Assembly: GCA_963833575.1 (NCBI GenBank)
Contig: CAWHXY010000004.1
Span: 992,001-1,056,000, forward strand
From: Candidatus Bathyarchaeota archaeon
GTDB lineage: Archaea > Thermoproteota > Bathyarchaeia > Bathyarchaeales > Bathycorpusculaceae
DNA length: 64,000 bases
Direction: 5' to 3'
A program made the position numbers and the translations under genes. The stretch's first letter is position 1. Each line of letters opens with the position of its first letter. Below are positions 27,591 to 37,941 of the stretch, piece after piece. Below the pieces are notes generated by a model. That model did no database searches. It had not been told where the DNA came from and saw nothing but the letters and a program-made list of their open reading frames with translations.

Positions 27591-28502
27591 TTGAACTTGA
27601 AATTCGGCGTATTTCTCTATAAACCCGAGCCTGTTGAAGGCGTCGACTACAACTTTTATCGGTTAAAGTCAGAATCAGGAATAGTTGGAAAACCCAACCC
27701 AGAAATGTATACTAACATCGCCTGCTTCGGCGACAATTTCATGGCAGCAAAACGCCCAGACTGGGTATCCGTAAGCTCATTTGGCCCTGCACTCCGTACT
27801 AACAAACGATATAACCTCCGCTGGGACGTCGTATGCATGACCAATCCAGAAGCCAGAGAATATAACCTAAAAATAATAGCTGAATCAGCCAAAGCCACCC
27901 CAGGCATCAGCATAAGCAGCCAACATTTTGCAGACCAAGGTTTTTGCACCTGCCCACGATGCATAGAGCAACAAAGTAAAAGCGGCTTAAGCTGGGTTGC
28001 ATGGCGCGCAAAAACAGTAACTGACTTCTTAGCAGAAGTTAAAGAAATCGTCTCAGGCAAACCACTCTTTGTCAACTGTCTCCCTGACCCCTTACTGGGC
28101 AAAGAACGCTTTGGCTATGACTTTGAAGCCATGGCACAATACGCTGACTATTTTGTGATCCCAATGTTCAGCAAAGCATACCCAACTCCATGGTACTGGG
28201 AAACCATTGCAAGAGGTTACAAGAGCTTTCTAAAGAAACCCGTTTACGTGAACTTCTATGTCCGCGGTCCAAACGAAACATGGGACACCGTAGCACCGAC
28301 AAAACAAGTCATGACTGTTGCCACACGCGTTGCAAGACAAGGCGTTGATGGCATAATCTTCCTAGCAGAAAAAGCTGACTATATCCGCGAATTCCAAAAG
28401 AACGCTGTCGCAGACAAAGAAACACGAGAGTTCCTCAAAAACCACAACGGCGATGAAGTCTTAGAACTCTTCAACCGCTGGGAAAAGATGCTAAAAGCAT
28501 AA
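27591..28502 (+). CDS. Cys-containing putative TIM-barrel (glycoside-hydrolase-like) protein; paralog of 25097..26002
   Basis: VVCMTNP, FCTCPRC, WVAWRAKTVTDF, RFGYDF, DYFVIPMF, GVDGIIF. Confidence 0.65.
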   Translation: MNLKFGVFLYKPEPVEGVDYNFYRLKSESGIVGKPNPEMYTNIACFGDNFMAAKRPDWVSVSSFGPALRTNKRYNLRWDVVCMTNPEAREYNLKIIAESAKATPGISISSQHFADQGFCTCPRCIEQQSKSGLSWVAWRAKTVTDFLAEVKEIVSGKPLFVNCLPDPLLGKERFGYDFEAMAQYADYFVIPMFSKAYPTPWYWETIARGYKSFLKKPVYVNFYVRGPNETWDTVAPTKQVMTVATRVARQGVDGIIFLAEKADYIREFQKNAVADKETREFLKNHNGDEVLELFNRWEKMLKA

Positions 28503-28731
28503 CATTTCCCTCTTCAATTTGTTTTATTTTTTTCTTCAAGTCAGATCAAAAATAAATATTTTTTGTCAATAATATTTCCCGAGATTGCTATTAGAACGGG
28601 TTTCTGTATCTAGGCCAACTAATTTTTTAATCTTCCTTTAACTACTATTCCCGCCTTTCACCATCTTATTTAGAAAACTATATAATGCGTCTTAACGTCT
28701 AACCACTCACTACCAAAGGGCGAATATCACA

Positions 28732-30114
28732 GTGAAAATTACTCTTATCAATCCACCTTACCCGCCAAATGTGCATTCACACCCACCCTTTATCCCACTC
28801 GGCTTAGCTTACCTTGGAGCCGTAGCTCAAAAAGAGGGGCATGACGTAAACGTAATTGACTGCCAAGCAGAAAGATTAACAAATGATACTTTCAGAGGAA
28901 GAATCAGCGAAGTAAACCCCGACGTCATCGGAGTAACTGCAACAACCTTACTCTACAAATCAGCAATGCAGCTAATCAGTATAGCCAAAGAAGTACACCC
29001 GAAAGCCGTAACAATACTTGGCGGAAGCCACGGAACCTTCTGGGATGAAAATGCTCTTAAAGAGTATCCAAGCCTGGACATCGTGGTTCGAAGAGAAGGC
29101 GAAATCACTTTTATAGAAGTGCTAAACAAACTCCAAAACAGCAGTTTAGCAGATATTTTGGGTATAACCTTTCGCAAAAAAGATGGCACAATAGTGCGCA
29201 ACGAAGACCGCCCATTCATTGAAGACCTAGATGCATTGCCTTTCCCAGCACACGACCTTCTCCCACTTGAATCGCTAAAACGCATGGGCAAAATCCTTTT
29301 TCCACTAATCACCAGCCGCGGATGCGTTTATTGGTGTGATTTCTGCAGCACAGTACGCATGTTTGGTAGAGGATACCGCTGGAGAAGCTCCAAAAACGTC
29401 GTAGATGAAATGCAACTTGTTCATGATAAATATGGGATCGATCAAGTCACGTTTTATGATGATGCCTTCACAGTAAACCGTGATCGTGTACTGAAAATCT
29501 GCGAGGAACTTCACGCTCGAAAACTGAATATGACTTGGGATTGTGGAACACGAGTTGACATGGTTGACCGGGAACTGCTCGAAACCATGCATGATGCAGG
29601 ATGCATAGCGGTTTGGCTAGGAGTAGAATCAGGTTCTGAAGCGATGCTGGGCAAAATGAACAAAAAAATAAAGCTTGACCAAACACGTCTAGCCTACAAA
29701 ACAGCACAGGCCGTCGGATTAATGACGATTGCTAATGTAGTCCTTGGGTTCCCTGGCGAAACAGAACAAACGGCGAAAGAAACCATCCGCTTCGTCAAAG
29801 AACTAAATCCTGATGATGTCGGCTTCTACGTCGCAACACCATATCCTGGAACACCCATGTACGAACAAGTCAAAAACAATGGCTGGTTACGCATCACAGA
29901 CTTTGATAAATATGACACTGCAGGGCCGACCTTCGAAACCCCCCAGTTAAGCATGGAAAAACTTGCAGAAATCCGCTATAAAGCGTATCAACAATTCTAT
30001 CTTCGGCCGGGATACGTGTTTCATATGATGCGTAAAGGCGGAACATATGGCATATCAGCAGTAAAAACTTCAGGTGCTTATTTGCTCAGGGCTCTGCACG
30101 TGAAGCTCTCTTAA
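28732..30114 (+). CDS. Cobalamin-binding (class B) radical SAM protein
   Basis: PLGLAYL, GGSH, REGE, TSRGCVYWCDFC, FYDDAF, GVESGS, TPYPGT. Confidence 0.93.
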   Translation: MKITLINPPYPPNVHSHPPFIPLGLAYLGAVAQKEGHDVNVIDCQAERLTNDTFRGRISEVNPDVIGVTATTLLYKSAMQLISIAKEVHPKAVTILGGSHGTFWDENALKEYPSLDIVVRREGEITFIEVLNKLQNSSLADILGITFRKKDGTIVRNEDRPFIEDLDALPFPAHDLLPLESLKRMGKILFPLITSRGCVYWCDFCSTVRMFGRGYRWRSSKNVVDEMQLVHDKYGIDQVTFYDDAFTVNRDRVLKICEELHARKLNMTWDCGTRVDMVDRELLETMHDAGCIAVWLGVESGSEAMLGKMNKKIKLDQTRLAYKTAQAVGLMTIANVVLGFPGETEQTAKETIRFVKELNPDDVGFYVATPYPGTPMYEQVKNNGWLRITDFDKYDTAGPTFETPQLSMEKLAEIRYKAYQQFYLRPGYVFHMMRKGGTYGISAVKTSGAYLLRALHVKLS

Positions 30115-30462
30115 CTTTCTTATTAGAGCAACTGCAGCGAAAACCAGCACCACAGCACTAAGCGAAACCGTAATTGAAGTAAAATTAATACCGATGGGCG
30201 AGAGCCCTAAGAATAAGCCTACAAGCCCATCTAAGCCGAAACTTAAAGCGACCGATAAAACTAATTGCTCGATGAATTCAAGCTTACTTTTGGCAATAAA
30301 CAAAATGTTAATTAGACAATACCCTGGCAAAAAAGAGACGAAAACAAAAGCAAAAAAGTAACGAAAAAAAACAAGCAATGAATCGCTTGGAATAAGATAA
30401 GTTACAAGTAACGTTAAAACTGTGAAAACAAAGATAATTTCAAACCATTTAAGCGGTTTCAG
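30070..30462 (-). CDS. DUF1616-like small membrane protein
   Basis: FLPGYCLINILF, EQLVLSVALS. The frame stays open 28 codons upstream of TTG 30378 to a CTG at 30462, adding one transmembrane helix. Confidence 0.7.
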   Translation of the reverse strand: MKPLKWFEIIFVFTVLTLLVTYLIPSDSLLVFFRYFFAFVFVSFLPGYCLINILFIAKSKLEFIEQLVLSVALSFGLDGLVGLFLGLSPIGINFTSITVSLSAVVLVFAAVALIRKLRELHVQSPEQIST

Positions 30463-30511
30463 CTTTTAACACTTCAAAAGACTAAAACAAGAAAAAATAA
30501 AGGAAGGAAGT

Positions 30512-31423
30512 TTACATGAAGGCCTTGTAGATTGGATGAGTTTCGTCTACTGGTCTTGTTCCAAGGTCGCCTGCGGCTGAAGCAATGTATGTGTCTGTTA
30601 CTGCGACTGCTGGGAATACCCATTCTGCCTGTTCTGCTGGTCCGATCATTAGCCAGTTTGCGCCTGCTACTTGCATGATTGCGTTTGTTGCAGTTCTGCA
30701 TCCGGGGCGGAATTCTTTGGCGAAGTTTGCTTTGACCCAACCCATGGTTGTGACAACGTTTCCGCTGCCTAAGCCTACTGGGTGACCATACTTCTCTTTC
30801 ATGATGGGTATGGTTCTTACTGCAGTGCCCATGTCTGGAGCAAATGCGGGGATTGCTGTGTCAATCAGAGGTTTTGTGATTCCGGCTTTGTCAGCCAGAG
30901 CTAATGCTTCTTGAATGACTTTCATTTTGCCTTCAAGAGTTGTGTCTTTTGGATCGTCGGCAAGTACTATGGACATTTTGATTCCGCTTTCTTTGAGTTT
31001 TGCCAATTCTACATCGGTGACGCCTTTGTAAACAGAATTGTAGAGGCATCTGTCTGAAAGACCCATCTTCTTTGCCATATCAGCTGCTGCCATACGTGTC
31101 TTTGGGCTCATTGCATCGAGCATTAGTGGAGCATCGCTGTGTTTTGAAACGAAGTCAATGTATTTCTCAAATGCTAATTCAGTTGTTCCGACAATATCAA
31201 AAGCAAATTGTACGCCTGTAATGTCACTTTGAGTTTGCATTGTGTTGATTATTTTTTCTGCTTCGGCTGCATCAAAAATTCCTTTGTTTGCATCTTTAAC
31301 CATTTTCTGGCCTAGCCAAAAGATGGAGCCAATCAGAAAAGTAGGTAGTTCTCCTGGTTGACCGCCGACTTTTGCTCTTCCAATAGTGTATACATTCTGT
31401 TTTGTATTGAATTTAAAGGACAT
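30512..31423 (-). CDS. mtrH: MtrH-family (methyl-pterin:corrinoid) methyltransferase
   Basis: KVGGQPGELPTFLIGSIF, GIFDAAEAE, PLMLDA, LYNSV, KPLIDTA, YGHPVG, HPIYK. Confidence 0.88.
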   Translation of the reverse strand: MSFKFNTKQNVYTIGRAKVGGQPGELPTFLIGSIFWLGQKMVKDANKGIFDAAEAEKIINTMQTQSDITGVQFAFDIVGTTELAFEKYIDFVSKHSDAPLMLDAMSPKTRMAAADMAKKMGLSDRCLYNSVYKGVTDVELAKLKESGIKMSIVLADDPKDTTLEGKMKVIQEALALADKAGITKPLIDTAIPAFAPDMGTAVRTIPIMKEKYGHPVGLGSGNVVTTMGWVKANFAKEFRPGCRTATNAIMQVAGANWLMIGPAEQAEWVFPAVAVTDTYIASAAGDLGTRPVDETHPIYKAFM

Positions 31424-31442
31424 TTTTCCACGTCTGATGGAT

Positions 31443-31871
31443 TTATTTCTTGCCCATTGCTTTCTTCGCTAATTCTGGGGCCTCTTCCTTATTTTTACCA
31501 AAGAGTGCACCAAGTGCGTCAGCATCTTCTTTTTTGACTGCAGCGCCACCCATGATTATTGCGACTTTGTCTTTTAATCCAGCTGCTTTCAATAATTCGT
31601 CAAGTTTTGCAAGATTGTTTTTTGCAGGTACTGTGTTTACCGAAATTGCAATAATGTTTGCATTGTTTTCTTTTGCTTTGTCAACAAAGACTTGTGGAGC
31701 TACGCTTTTGCCAACGTCAATTGTCTTGAATCCTGCGCGTTTTAGCGATCTTCTGACTGCTTCTTTTGCAGTGTCATGCATGTCTGGTTCAATGTTTCCT
31801 ATTACGATAACGCCTAATGGATTCTCTGGTTCTGGAGGCTCTTTTTCCATCATAGATTTAAGCCATGACAT
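31443..31871 (-). CDS. Stand-alone corrinoid (B12-binding domain) protein
   Basis: GNIEPDMHDTAK (DxHxxG variant), IDVG, IIAIS, IMGGAAV. Confidence 0.88.
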   Translation of the reverse strand: MSWLKSMMEKEPPEPENPLGVIVIGNIEPDMHDTAKEAVRRSLKRAGFKTIDVGKSVAPQVFVDKAKENNANIIAISVNTVPAKNNLAKLDELLKAAGLKDKVAIIMGGAAVKKEDADALGALFGKNKEEAPELAKKAMGKK

Positions 31872-31981
31872 TTAAACACCTTTTTCCTTTTTAGTTACTC
31901 TGGGCTTTTTATACTCGAATTTCATATTTAAAGTTTGACTAATAATTTCAGCAATCGTAAATGTAAATAGAGAAGGGAGGG

Positions 31982-34300
31982 GTGCAAATGTTTAAAGCAA
32001 CTAGAACGCATATTTTGCTACTTCTAATCTTTGTTTTTGCATTTGCGTACCGCATCATTCTGATGCTATGGTCATCTTATCCTCCTGGCGCCGATATTGG
32101 ATTGCATAATAGCGTAATTAACTCAATTACACAATCAGGCAACACTAATTTTCTATGGAATAATTATCAGATGGGCGGCGGTTTATCATTAACTTTTCCA
32201 GGATACCACATTTTCGCTGCAGGAATAATCATGATGACTGGAATGCCTGACTATATAGCCCAAGCGGTGATTGCAGCCTTATTCTCGTCGCTAATTGTCC
32301 TCTGCGCCTACTTAATAACAAAAAGCGTATGGATAGAATCGGGAGCTTTAATCGTTGCCTTTCTGGTTGCCATCTCACGGCCCGACATTGAAATACTCCT
32401 CTGGGGAGGCTACCCAAACGTAATAACTTTGCTTATAATTCCTGCAATATTTTATTTGTATCTTCAAAAAGACCGATTCACATTAACTCCTTTTCTTGTT
32501 TCTACCTCTATTTTAGTAGGGTCAATATACTTAACACACTCTTTGAGTGCAGCCGTATTTGGAGCTACAATCATTTCAACAGTATTGATTGTAATGATCT
32601 CTCCAAAAACGTTCAACACATCAAGAAAACAGGTCTTCTATTGGCTACTTCCACTTTTTCTTGGCGCCGTTCTCGTCGTACCTTTTCTGGTAAAGGCTAT
32701 TCCTGCATATTTGAGCGCTAACTCCTCATTCGTGGATATCTCCGCCATTAACTCAGCACTCTTATCGACAAGGGTTCTTCCGCTTACTTTAATATTGCCG
32801 CTTTTCGCCTGTACATTCTTATTTTTTTTCTTGTCAAAAGAATATCGAGGACGATTTCTTTCGCTTCCAGCTTTTTTGCTTTTCATGTGGCTGCTAGTTC
32901 CCACGATTCTGACTCAAGGCTTCCTATTTGGGCTATATGTAGATTATAATCGCTTCCTTTACTTCCTTGTTTTGCCTGTACTGATACTTATTGGCATGTT
33001 CATAGAACGCGGCTCCTCTTTCTTTGCATACATAATAGACAATTATCGTGTTTTAAACGAACAATTGCAGAAGCCAGCAAAGAAAGCATACAATAGGCTG
33101 GACAAGGTTTTAAGCAGCATAAACCGCAAGAAACTTTATGCAACCTTCGTAGTGGTTATAGTGCTCACGTGCCTTTTTGCCGTTCCGCTTTTCATAACTC
33201 CCTGGCAAGGAAATATAGACCAGAGTTTCTACCAAGTTATGGATAATCCAGGTTACCAAGCAATTCAATGGGCTAAGCAAAACACGCCAGCCAATGCAGT
33301 TTTTGTTTCTGACGCGCTTTACGGATGGTGGTTTGGCGGCTTTGCTCAAAGACCAACCTTAAGCGCTGTTGATCCTCAATATTTAACGCTTGCTCGTGAG
33401 TTCGAACCGGCGAAATTTGCTAAGAACATTCTTGATACAGACTACATGATTGACAATGGGTACATTCAGGTTAGAGAAGATGGTGGGTATATTGGTAGAC
33501 ATAACCCTATGTTTCTAGCTGATCTCAACTGGACCTACTTCCCATACTCTTTCTTCCAATTTAACGACAGCGAAATTACTCTGCTTTCTCAGAGTGGCGT
33601 TACCCAGCAATCTAATGACATTACCCAAATACCTGTAACAAGCATGCAACTCATTGGTGCCCAAACCGATAATCCATCAATTATTGTTAACAAAGCAAAC
33701 GGCAACTTCAGCTACTCAGAAATATTAACGGTCACAAAAGGCGTCCAATTCGCAAATATGACAATAGTGCTTTCAAGCAACTCAGAGAACGTTTCACTAG
33801 ACTGGCTTAATTTCGTTTTAAACTCGGAAGGTAAATTTTTGCAGCCAGATGCAAATTCGGTTGCAATGTTAGATACTGGCACGAAAGAGGTTGGTCAACT
33901 CGTTTTTGCTCAAAACCAGCCACAAGTTTCATCTTACAATTCGGCGTACCCATGTATTACACAATTATCCTATGATTTACAAGGCAAATCATCAGCCGAA
34001 ATTCAAATTCTAGTTGGTATCTACCCTATTTCTGACAATGAGATAGGAAATCCAACAACCCTCAACCAAACACTGCTGGCTCATGAACAAAATCCACAAA
34101 AACAACAAGAAAATGCTCCCTCAATGGACACGTTTGATTACCAAGCATCCATGCAACAATACTCGGTTTCTTACCTTGTTAACAGGGATTTTGAACTAAA
34201 TCCGAAATTTGCTAGCGACCCGAAATTTAGCCTTGTATTTATTAACAGTGAAATCGCCATCTTTAAGGTCAAAGGTAACGACAGTATCGGTGGGAGTTAG
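31982..34300 (+). CDS. GT-C-like multipass membrane glycosyltransferase with extracellular C-terminal domain
   Basis: PGADIGLH after TM1, FPGYH, WGGYPN, LTHSLS, YNRF, AIQWAKQNTP; about 13 transmembrane helices. Confidence 0.7.
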   Translation: MQMFKATRTHILLLLIFVFAFAYRIILMLWSSYPPGADIGLHNSVINSITQSGNTNFLWNNYQMGGGLSLTFPGYHIFAAGIIMMTGMPDYIAQAVIAALFSSLIVLCAYLITKSVWIESGALIVAFLVAISRPDIEILLWGGYPNVITLLIIPAIFYLYLQKDRFTLTPFLVSTSILVGSIYLTHSLSAAVFGATIISTVLIVMISPKTFNTSRKQVFYWLLPLFLGAVLVVPFLVKAIPAYLSANSSFVDISAINSALLSTRVLPLTLILPLFACTFLFFFLSKEYRGRFLSLPAFLLFMWLLVPTILTQGFLFGLYVDYNRFLYFLVLPVLILIGMFIERGSSFFAYIIDNYRVLNEQLQKPAKKAYNRLDKVLSSINRKKLYATFVVVIVLTCLFAVPLFITPWQGNIDQSFYQVMDNPGYQAIQWAKQNTPANAVFVSDALYGWWFGGFAQRPTLSAVDPQYLTLAREFEPAKFAKNILDTDYMIDNGYIQVREDGGYIGRHNPMFLADLNWTYFPYSFFQFNDSEITLLSQSGVTQQSNDITQIPVTSMQLIGAQTDNPSIIVNKANGNFSYSEILTVTKGVQFANMTIVLSSNSENVSLDWLNFVLNSEGKFLQPDANSVAMLDTGTKEVGQLVFAQNQPQVSSYNSAYPCITQLSYDLQGKSSAEIQILVGIYPISDNEIGNPTTLNQTLLAHEQNPQKQQENAPSMDTFDYQASMQQYSVSYLVNRDFELNPKFASDPKFSLVFINSEIAIFKVKGNDSIGGS

Positions 34301-34308
34301 CTGCAATC

Positions 34309-36627
34309 TTGATGGGGAAATTGACAAAAGAGCGACAAATTGAAATCGCCTTTATCGCTGTTTTTTCAGTGCTAGTTATCTCAATATTCTACACCCTCAT
34401 ATCAATGAACGGTGTAGTCTTAGGAAACGACCCTGCCGTCCACTTGGAAAAAGCCCAAATCTTCCTGCAAACAGGAAAAATCCCTCTAAGCAACCTAGGC
34501 TGGACCCCTCCACTTTATGAAATTGTCCTTGCGATGTTCATTTCTTTCAGCGGTGCAACTGACATTGGGCAGCTAATTTTTTTAGTAAAAGCTTTAGCAG
34601 TAATAGTTGATTGGCTTCTGTTTCTTTCCGTTTATTTGATTGCAACAAGATTCTTTAATAAAAAAGTTGGTGCTGTAGCCGTTGTTTTGTTGTTGATGTG
34701 TTTTCCTATGTACGAGGTTAATGCGTTTGGCGGTTACACAACTGTTCTTGCAATAGCGTTCATGCTCTTAGTATTTCTTTACTCGACTTTAGCAGTTGAG
34801 AATATGGGTTACCTTGTTGTCGCTTTTCTTGCAGCTTTTGCTCTTGTTTTATCGCATCAACTTGCTGCATTCCTTGCCATCTTTATAATGCCTCCAATAT
34901 TGCTTTATATGCTGATAAAATCTAAAGGTGCTAACCTTAAAGTTGTAATTGCTTTAATCTTGGGAGGCGGAATAGCCTTCATCTTGTATTATTTTAAAGC
35001 TATGATTGGTTATATCGGTCTTGTTATTGAGTATGTGTTTTTTGCGGTCAAAACCTACGCTTACCAGATTCCAGCGGTTAGTTTTAATTCTTTTATGGTT
35101 AATTTTGGATTCATATTTTTCTTTGCTTTAGGCGGCATTTTTATCTCTTACAATATTTTGAAAACACAAAAAAAGATGATATATTATTTGACATTAATTC
35201 TTGTTTTCTCCGTTCCTCTTTTTTTCGCTGAATCTTATCTTATTGGTTTCTTCATGCCGTTTCAATGGTTTATTTATTATTTGATTGTTCCAATGGCTAT
35301 TTTCGCAGCTGTTTCCCTTGTCTTCGTTCAAGAAAAATTCATGGCTTACTATGCCAAAAACAAAACAAGTCTACATAAGAATTCTTTAAAGATAATTACT
35401 ATTTCCCTTATCGTCTTGATGTGCTTGCTCCTTGTTTTTCGCTCAAACACAGTTTATGGAAAAATCATGGAAGCCAGCGTTTTTTACTCGTCAACTGATA
35501 TAAAGGCGTTTGACGCGGGAGTTTGGCTAGGGCAAAATTATCCAAATAACTCGACGGTTGTTGTAACAAAAATTCCTGGTTTTTGGTTTTCAACTTTTTC
35601 TGGCGAGAACGTGATTGCTCAGACTGATCCCGTTGTGCAAAGAAACGAAATTGCCGAATCTGTTCTGAGTCTTTCTTATGAAATTCAGGATCCCCAAAAC
35701 TTGATTAGGGCTTATGGAGCAAAGGGCGATATTGTAGATGAAAATTACGTTTCGGTAAATGATGTCTGGTATAGAGTTTCTTACTCCTCTATTGCTGGAG
35801 ATTTTGTGACGTTTACTCAAAACGGCGCGAATTACACATTTGCTCTCGCAGATTTAAGCAAAGCTATATCTTTTGATGATCAAAGCTACCCCAAAAATTT
35901 GACCTTCACTTATTCCAATAACTATGTGGCCATAATGCAGTCAATGCTTGTGCAAAATTACAGTTATGCAACAGATGTATCTTGGGCAATAACGCCTTTG
36001 CAAAGCAACGTATCCAATGTGACTCTATATTTGACTACTAATTTTGATTTGCAATTTGACTTTGACAAAGTTCAGATACCTCAATTCATGGATTGGGTTA
36101 ATCCATGGGATGTGTCTTCGAAAACTGTTGGCGGTCCCGTTGGAGCACAATGGGCGGTTGCCACATTTACAAACTCTAACTTAATGGATAATTACATAGG
36201 ACTTTACGACGACAAAAATCAGCTTGCATACGCCTTTAACTTCACCGAGTTGCCTGACTGGGGAAATATCGGTGCCTTAGAAAACAAGCAAATAGATGCT
36301 GTAAGATTCCAATATCAATTCAATGAAATTAACGCCAACCAGACAGTCACAATGCAATATCAAGTTCTTGCACTTTCAAAGAATAATTTTCCTACTTTAC
36401 AGCCAAACGAACTGAAAAGCCTCTTCGATAATAAACCTGGCGAATTTACAGTGTTAACGCGTGACTACAAAGATTATATCGCTGAAAATAACATCGGATT
36501 CATAGTTTACGACAAAAACCAACTTGACACTAAAATAGCTCGATGCAAATTTCTGCAACTAATCTATTCAAACGATCGATATGACATTTTCAAAGTTCTA
36601 AGCAGCTACAACCAAACGCAAACCTGA
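34309..36627 (+). CDS. GT-C-like multipass membrane glycosyltransferase, tandem paralog of the preceding gene
   Basis: LGNDPAVH, PPLYE, FGGYTT, LSHQLA, AGVWLGQNYP; same architecture as the preceding gene. Confidence 0.7.
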   Translation: MMGKLTKERQIEIAFIAVFSVLVISIFYTLISMNGVVLGNDPAVHLEKAQIFLQTGKIPLSNLGWTPPLYEIVLAMFISFSGATDIGQLIFLVKALAVIVDWLLFLSVYLIATRFFNKKVGAVAVVLLLMCFPMYEVNAFGGYTTVLAIAFMLLVFLYSTLAVENMGYLVVAFLAAFALVLSHQLAAFLAIFIMPPILLYMLIKSKGANLKVVIALILGGGIAFILYYFKAMIGYIGLVIEYVFFAVKTYAYQIPAVSFNSFMVNFGFIFFFALGGIFISYNILKTQKKMIYYLTLILVFSVPLFFAESYLIGFFMPFQWFIYYLIVPMAIFAAVSLVFVQEKFMAYYAKNKTSLHKNSLKIITISLIVLMCLLLVFRSNTVYGKIMEASVFYSSTDIKAFDAGVWLGQNYPNNSTVVVTKIPGFWFSTFSGENVIAQTDPVVQRNEIAESVLSLSYEIQDPQNLIRAYGAKGDIVDENYVSVNDVWYRVSYSSIAGDFVTFTQNGANYTFALADLSKAISFDDQSYPKNLTFTYSNNYVAIMQSMLVQNYSYATDVSWAITPLQSNVSNVTLYLTTNFDLQFDFDKVQIPQFMDWVNPWDVSSKTVGGPVGAQWAVATFTNSNLMDNYIGLYDDKNQLAYAFNFTELPDWGNIGALENKQIDAVRFQYQFNEINANQTVTMQYQVLALSKNNFPTLQPNELKSLFDNKPGEFTVLTRDYKDYIAENNIGFIVYDKNQLDTKIARCKFLQLIYSNDRYDIFKVLSSYNQTQT

Positions 36628-36689
36628 AACACAAAGAATTCTGGTTTTAGTTTGAAATGAATAAAAACTCAAGGAAAGAAAGATTATGT

Positions 36690-37799
36690 TTAATGCTTCT
36701 TCAATGCGTTTGCTTCTTTACGCATTGCTTCAACTGCTTTAGGGTCTTCTTGTAAGACTTTGGGTATGTAGTTGCATGCTGGATCTGACTCAAATAGGTC
36801 GCCGGTGTAGTATTCAGCTCGTGTTCGGCATCCGCCGCATATTTCCCTGTATTCGCAAACTCCGCATCTGCCCTTGATGTTGCTTTTGTCACGAAGTTTT
36901 AAGTGCAATTCGCTGTGTTGGAGTTCGTCCCATGCAGTGGATAAGTGTTTGTCTTTGACGTTGCCTATGCGGTAGCCTTCGTGGAAGCCGCAGCTTCGGT
37001 AGTCGCCGTTTTCGGTAATGCCGATGTAGTTGCCGCCGATGGTGCATCTTCCGAGATAACCTTCATGGTACCAGTCCCAGAAGTCTACTGGGTTTTTTTG
37101 GCGGACGATGCGTGCGTAAAAGGGTGCGTACACATTGACTTTTACTTTACCGTACAACTTGCGTTGAATGTCATAGATTTCGTTGAATGCTTCTTCATAT
37201 TGCTCAGGTGTGGGCGCTAAATCAGGCATGTTGCTTCCTGCTCTGCCTACTGGGACAAGGTTGTGGTAGACAATCATTCGTGCTTTGTATTCTTCAGCAA
37301 GTGCTGCTGGATGTGCCATATGCTTAATGTTGTATTTAGTCATAGTTGTGACTAAGCAGTCTAATAACCCAACGCTTCCAAGTTTCTTCATCGCGTTTAA
37401 CGCTTTGGCATAACTGCCTTTGCGTCTGATGATTTCGTTTGATTCTTCGTTTCCATCAATGCTGATGGCTGTGTGAACTTCGTATTTATGTAATTTTTCG
37501 AATCGTTCTTCATCCCATGCAAAACCGCTTGTGATGAGGCTAACCTTCATGCCATATTCTTTTTCAGCATAAGCGATAACATCAAAAACATCATTTCGAA
37601 CAAGGGGTTCCCCACCGCTAATTCCGAACCATTCGGCGCCAAAATCATGAATTTCGTCAACCATTTTTTTGGCTTGTTTAGTACTAAGTTCTTGGTCTTT
37701 GGCGTATTCTTTGGTGTAACTGCAGTACATGCAATTACCAACACAATTTCTAGTACACCGCCAAACTACCATGTACAGTGGTGGTTTATTTGGAGCCAT
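36690..37799 (-). CDS. Radical SAM/SPASM protein (PqqE/NirJ/Ahb-like)
   Basis: CVGNCMYC, SGGEPL, SPASM CTIG...RSC...CGVCEYREICGGCR...DPAC. Confidence 0.92.
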   Translation of the reverse strand: MAPNKPPLYMVVWRCTRNCVGNCMYCSYTKEYAKDQELSTKQAKKMVDEIHDFGAEWFGISGGEPLVRNDVFDVIAYAEKEYGMKVSLITSGFAWDEERFEKLHKYEVHTAISIDGNEESNEIIRRKGSYAKALNAMKKLGSVGLLDCLVTTMTKYNIKHMAHPAALAEEYKARMIVYHNLVPVGRAGSNMPDLAPTPEQYEEAFNEIYDIQRKLYGKVKVNVYAPFYARIVRQKNPVDFWDWYHEGYLGRCTIGGNYIGITENGDYRSCGFHEGYRIGNVKDKHLSTAWDELQHSELHLKLRDKSNIKGRCGVCEYREICGGCRTRAEYYTGDLFESDPACNYIPKVLQEDPKAVEAMRKEANALKKH

Positions 37800-37941
37800 T
37801 AAATTTACCTGAGTGAAAGTAAATTCACCGTTGCGATATAAAACTTGCTCCTAGAAACTGATTTTGTGCTTTTGCCAAGATATAGGAAAACTTAGTTTCT
37901 TTTAACATCTTTATTTTTTCTAACTAGCTGTTTAGGCGGAA

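Noticed and set aside
30512-31423. mtrH as evidence of methanogenesis
   Set aside because: No mtrA-G or mcr genes in the window; stand-alone MtrH homologs occur in non-methanogens.
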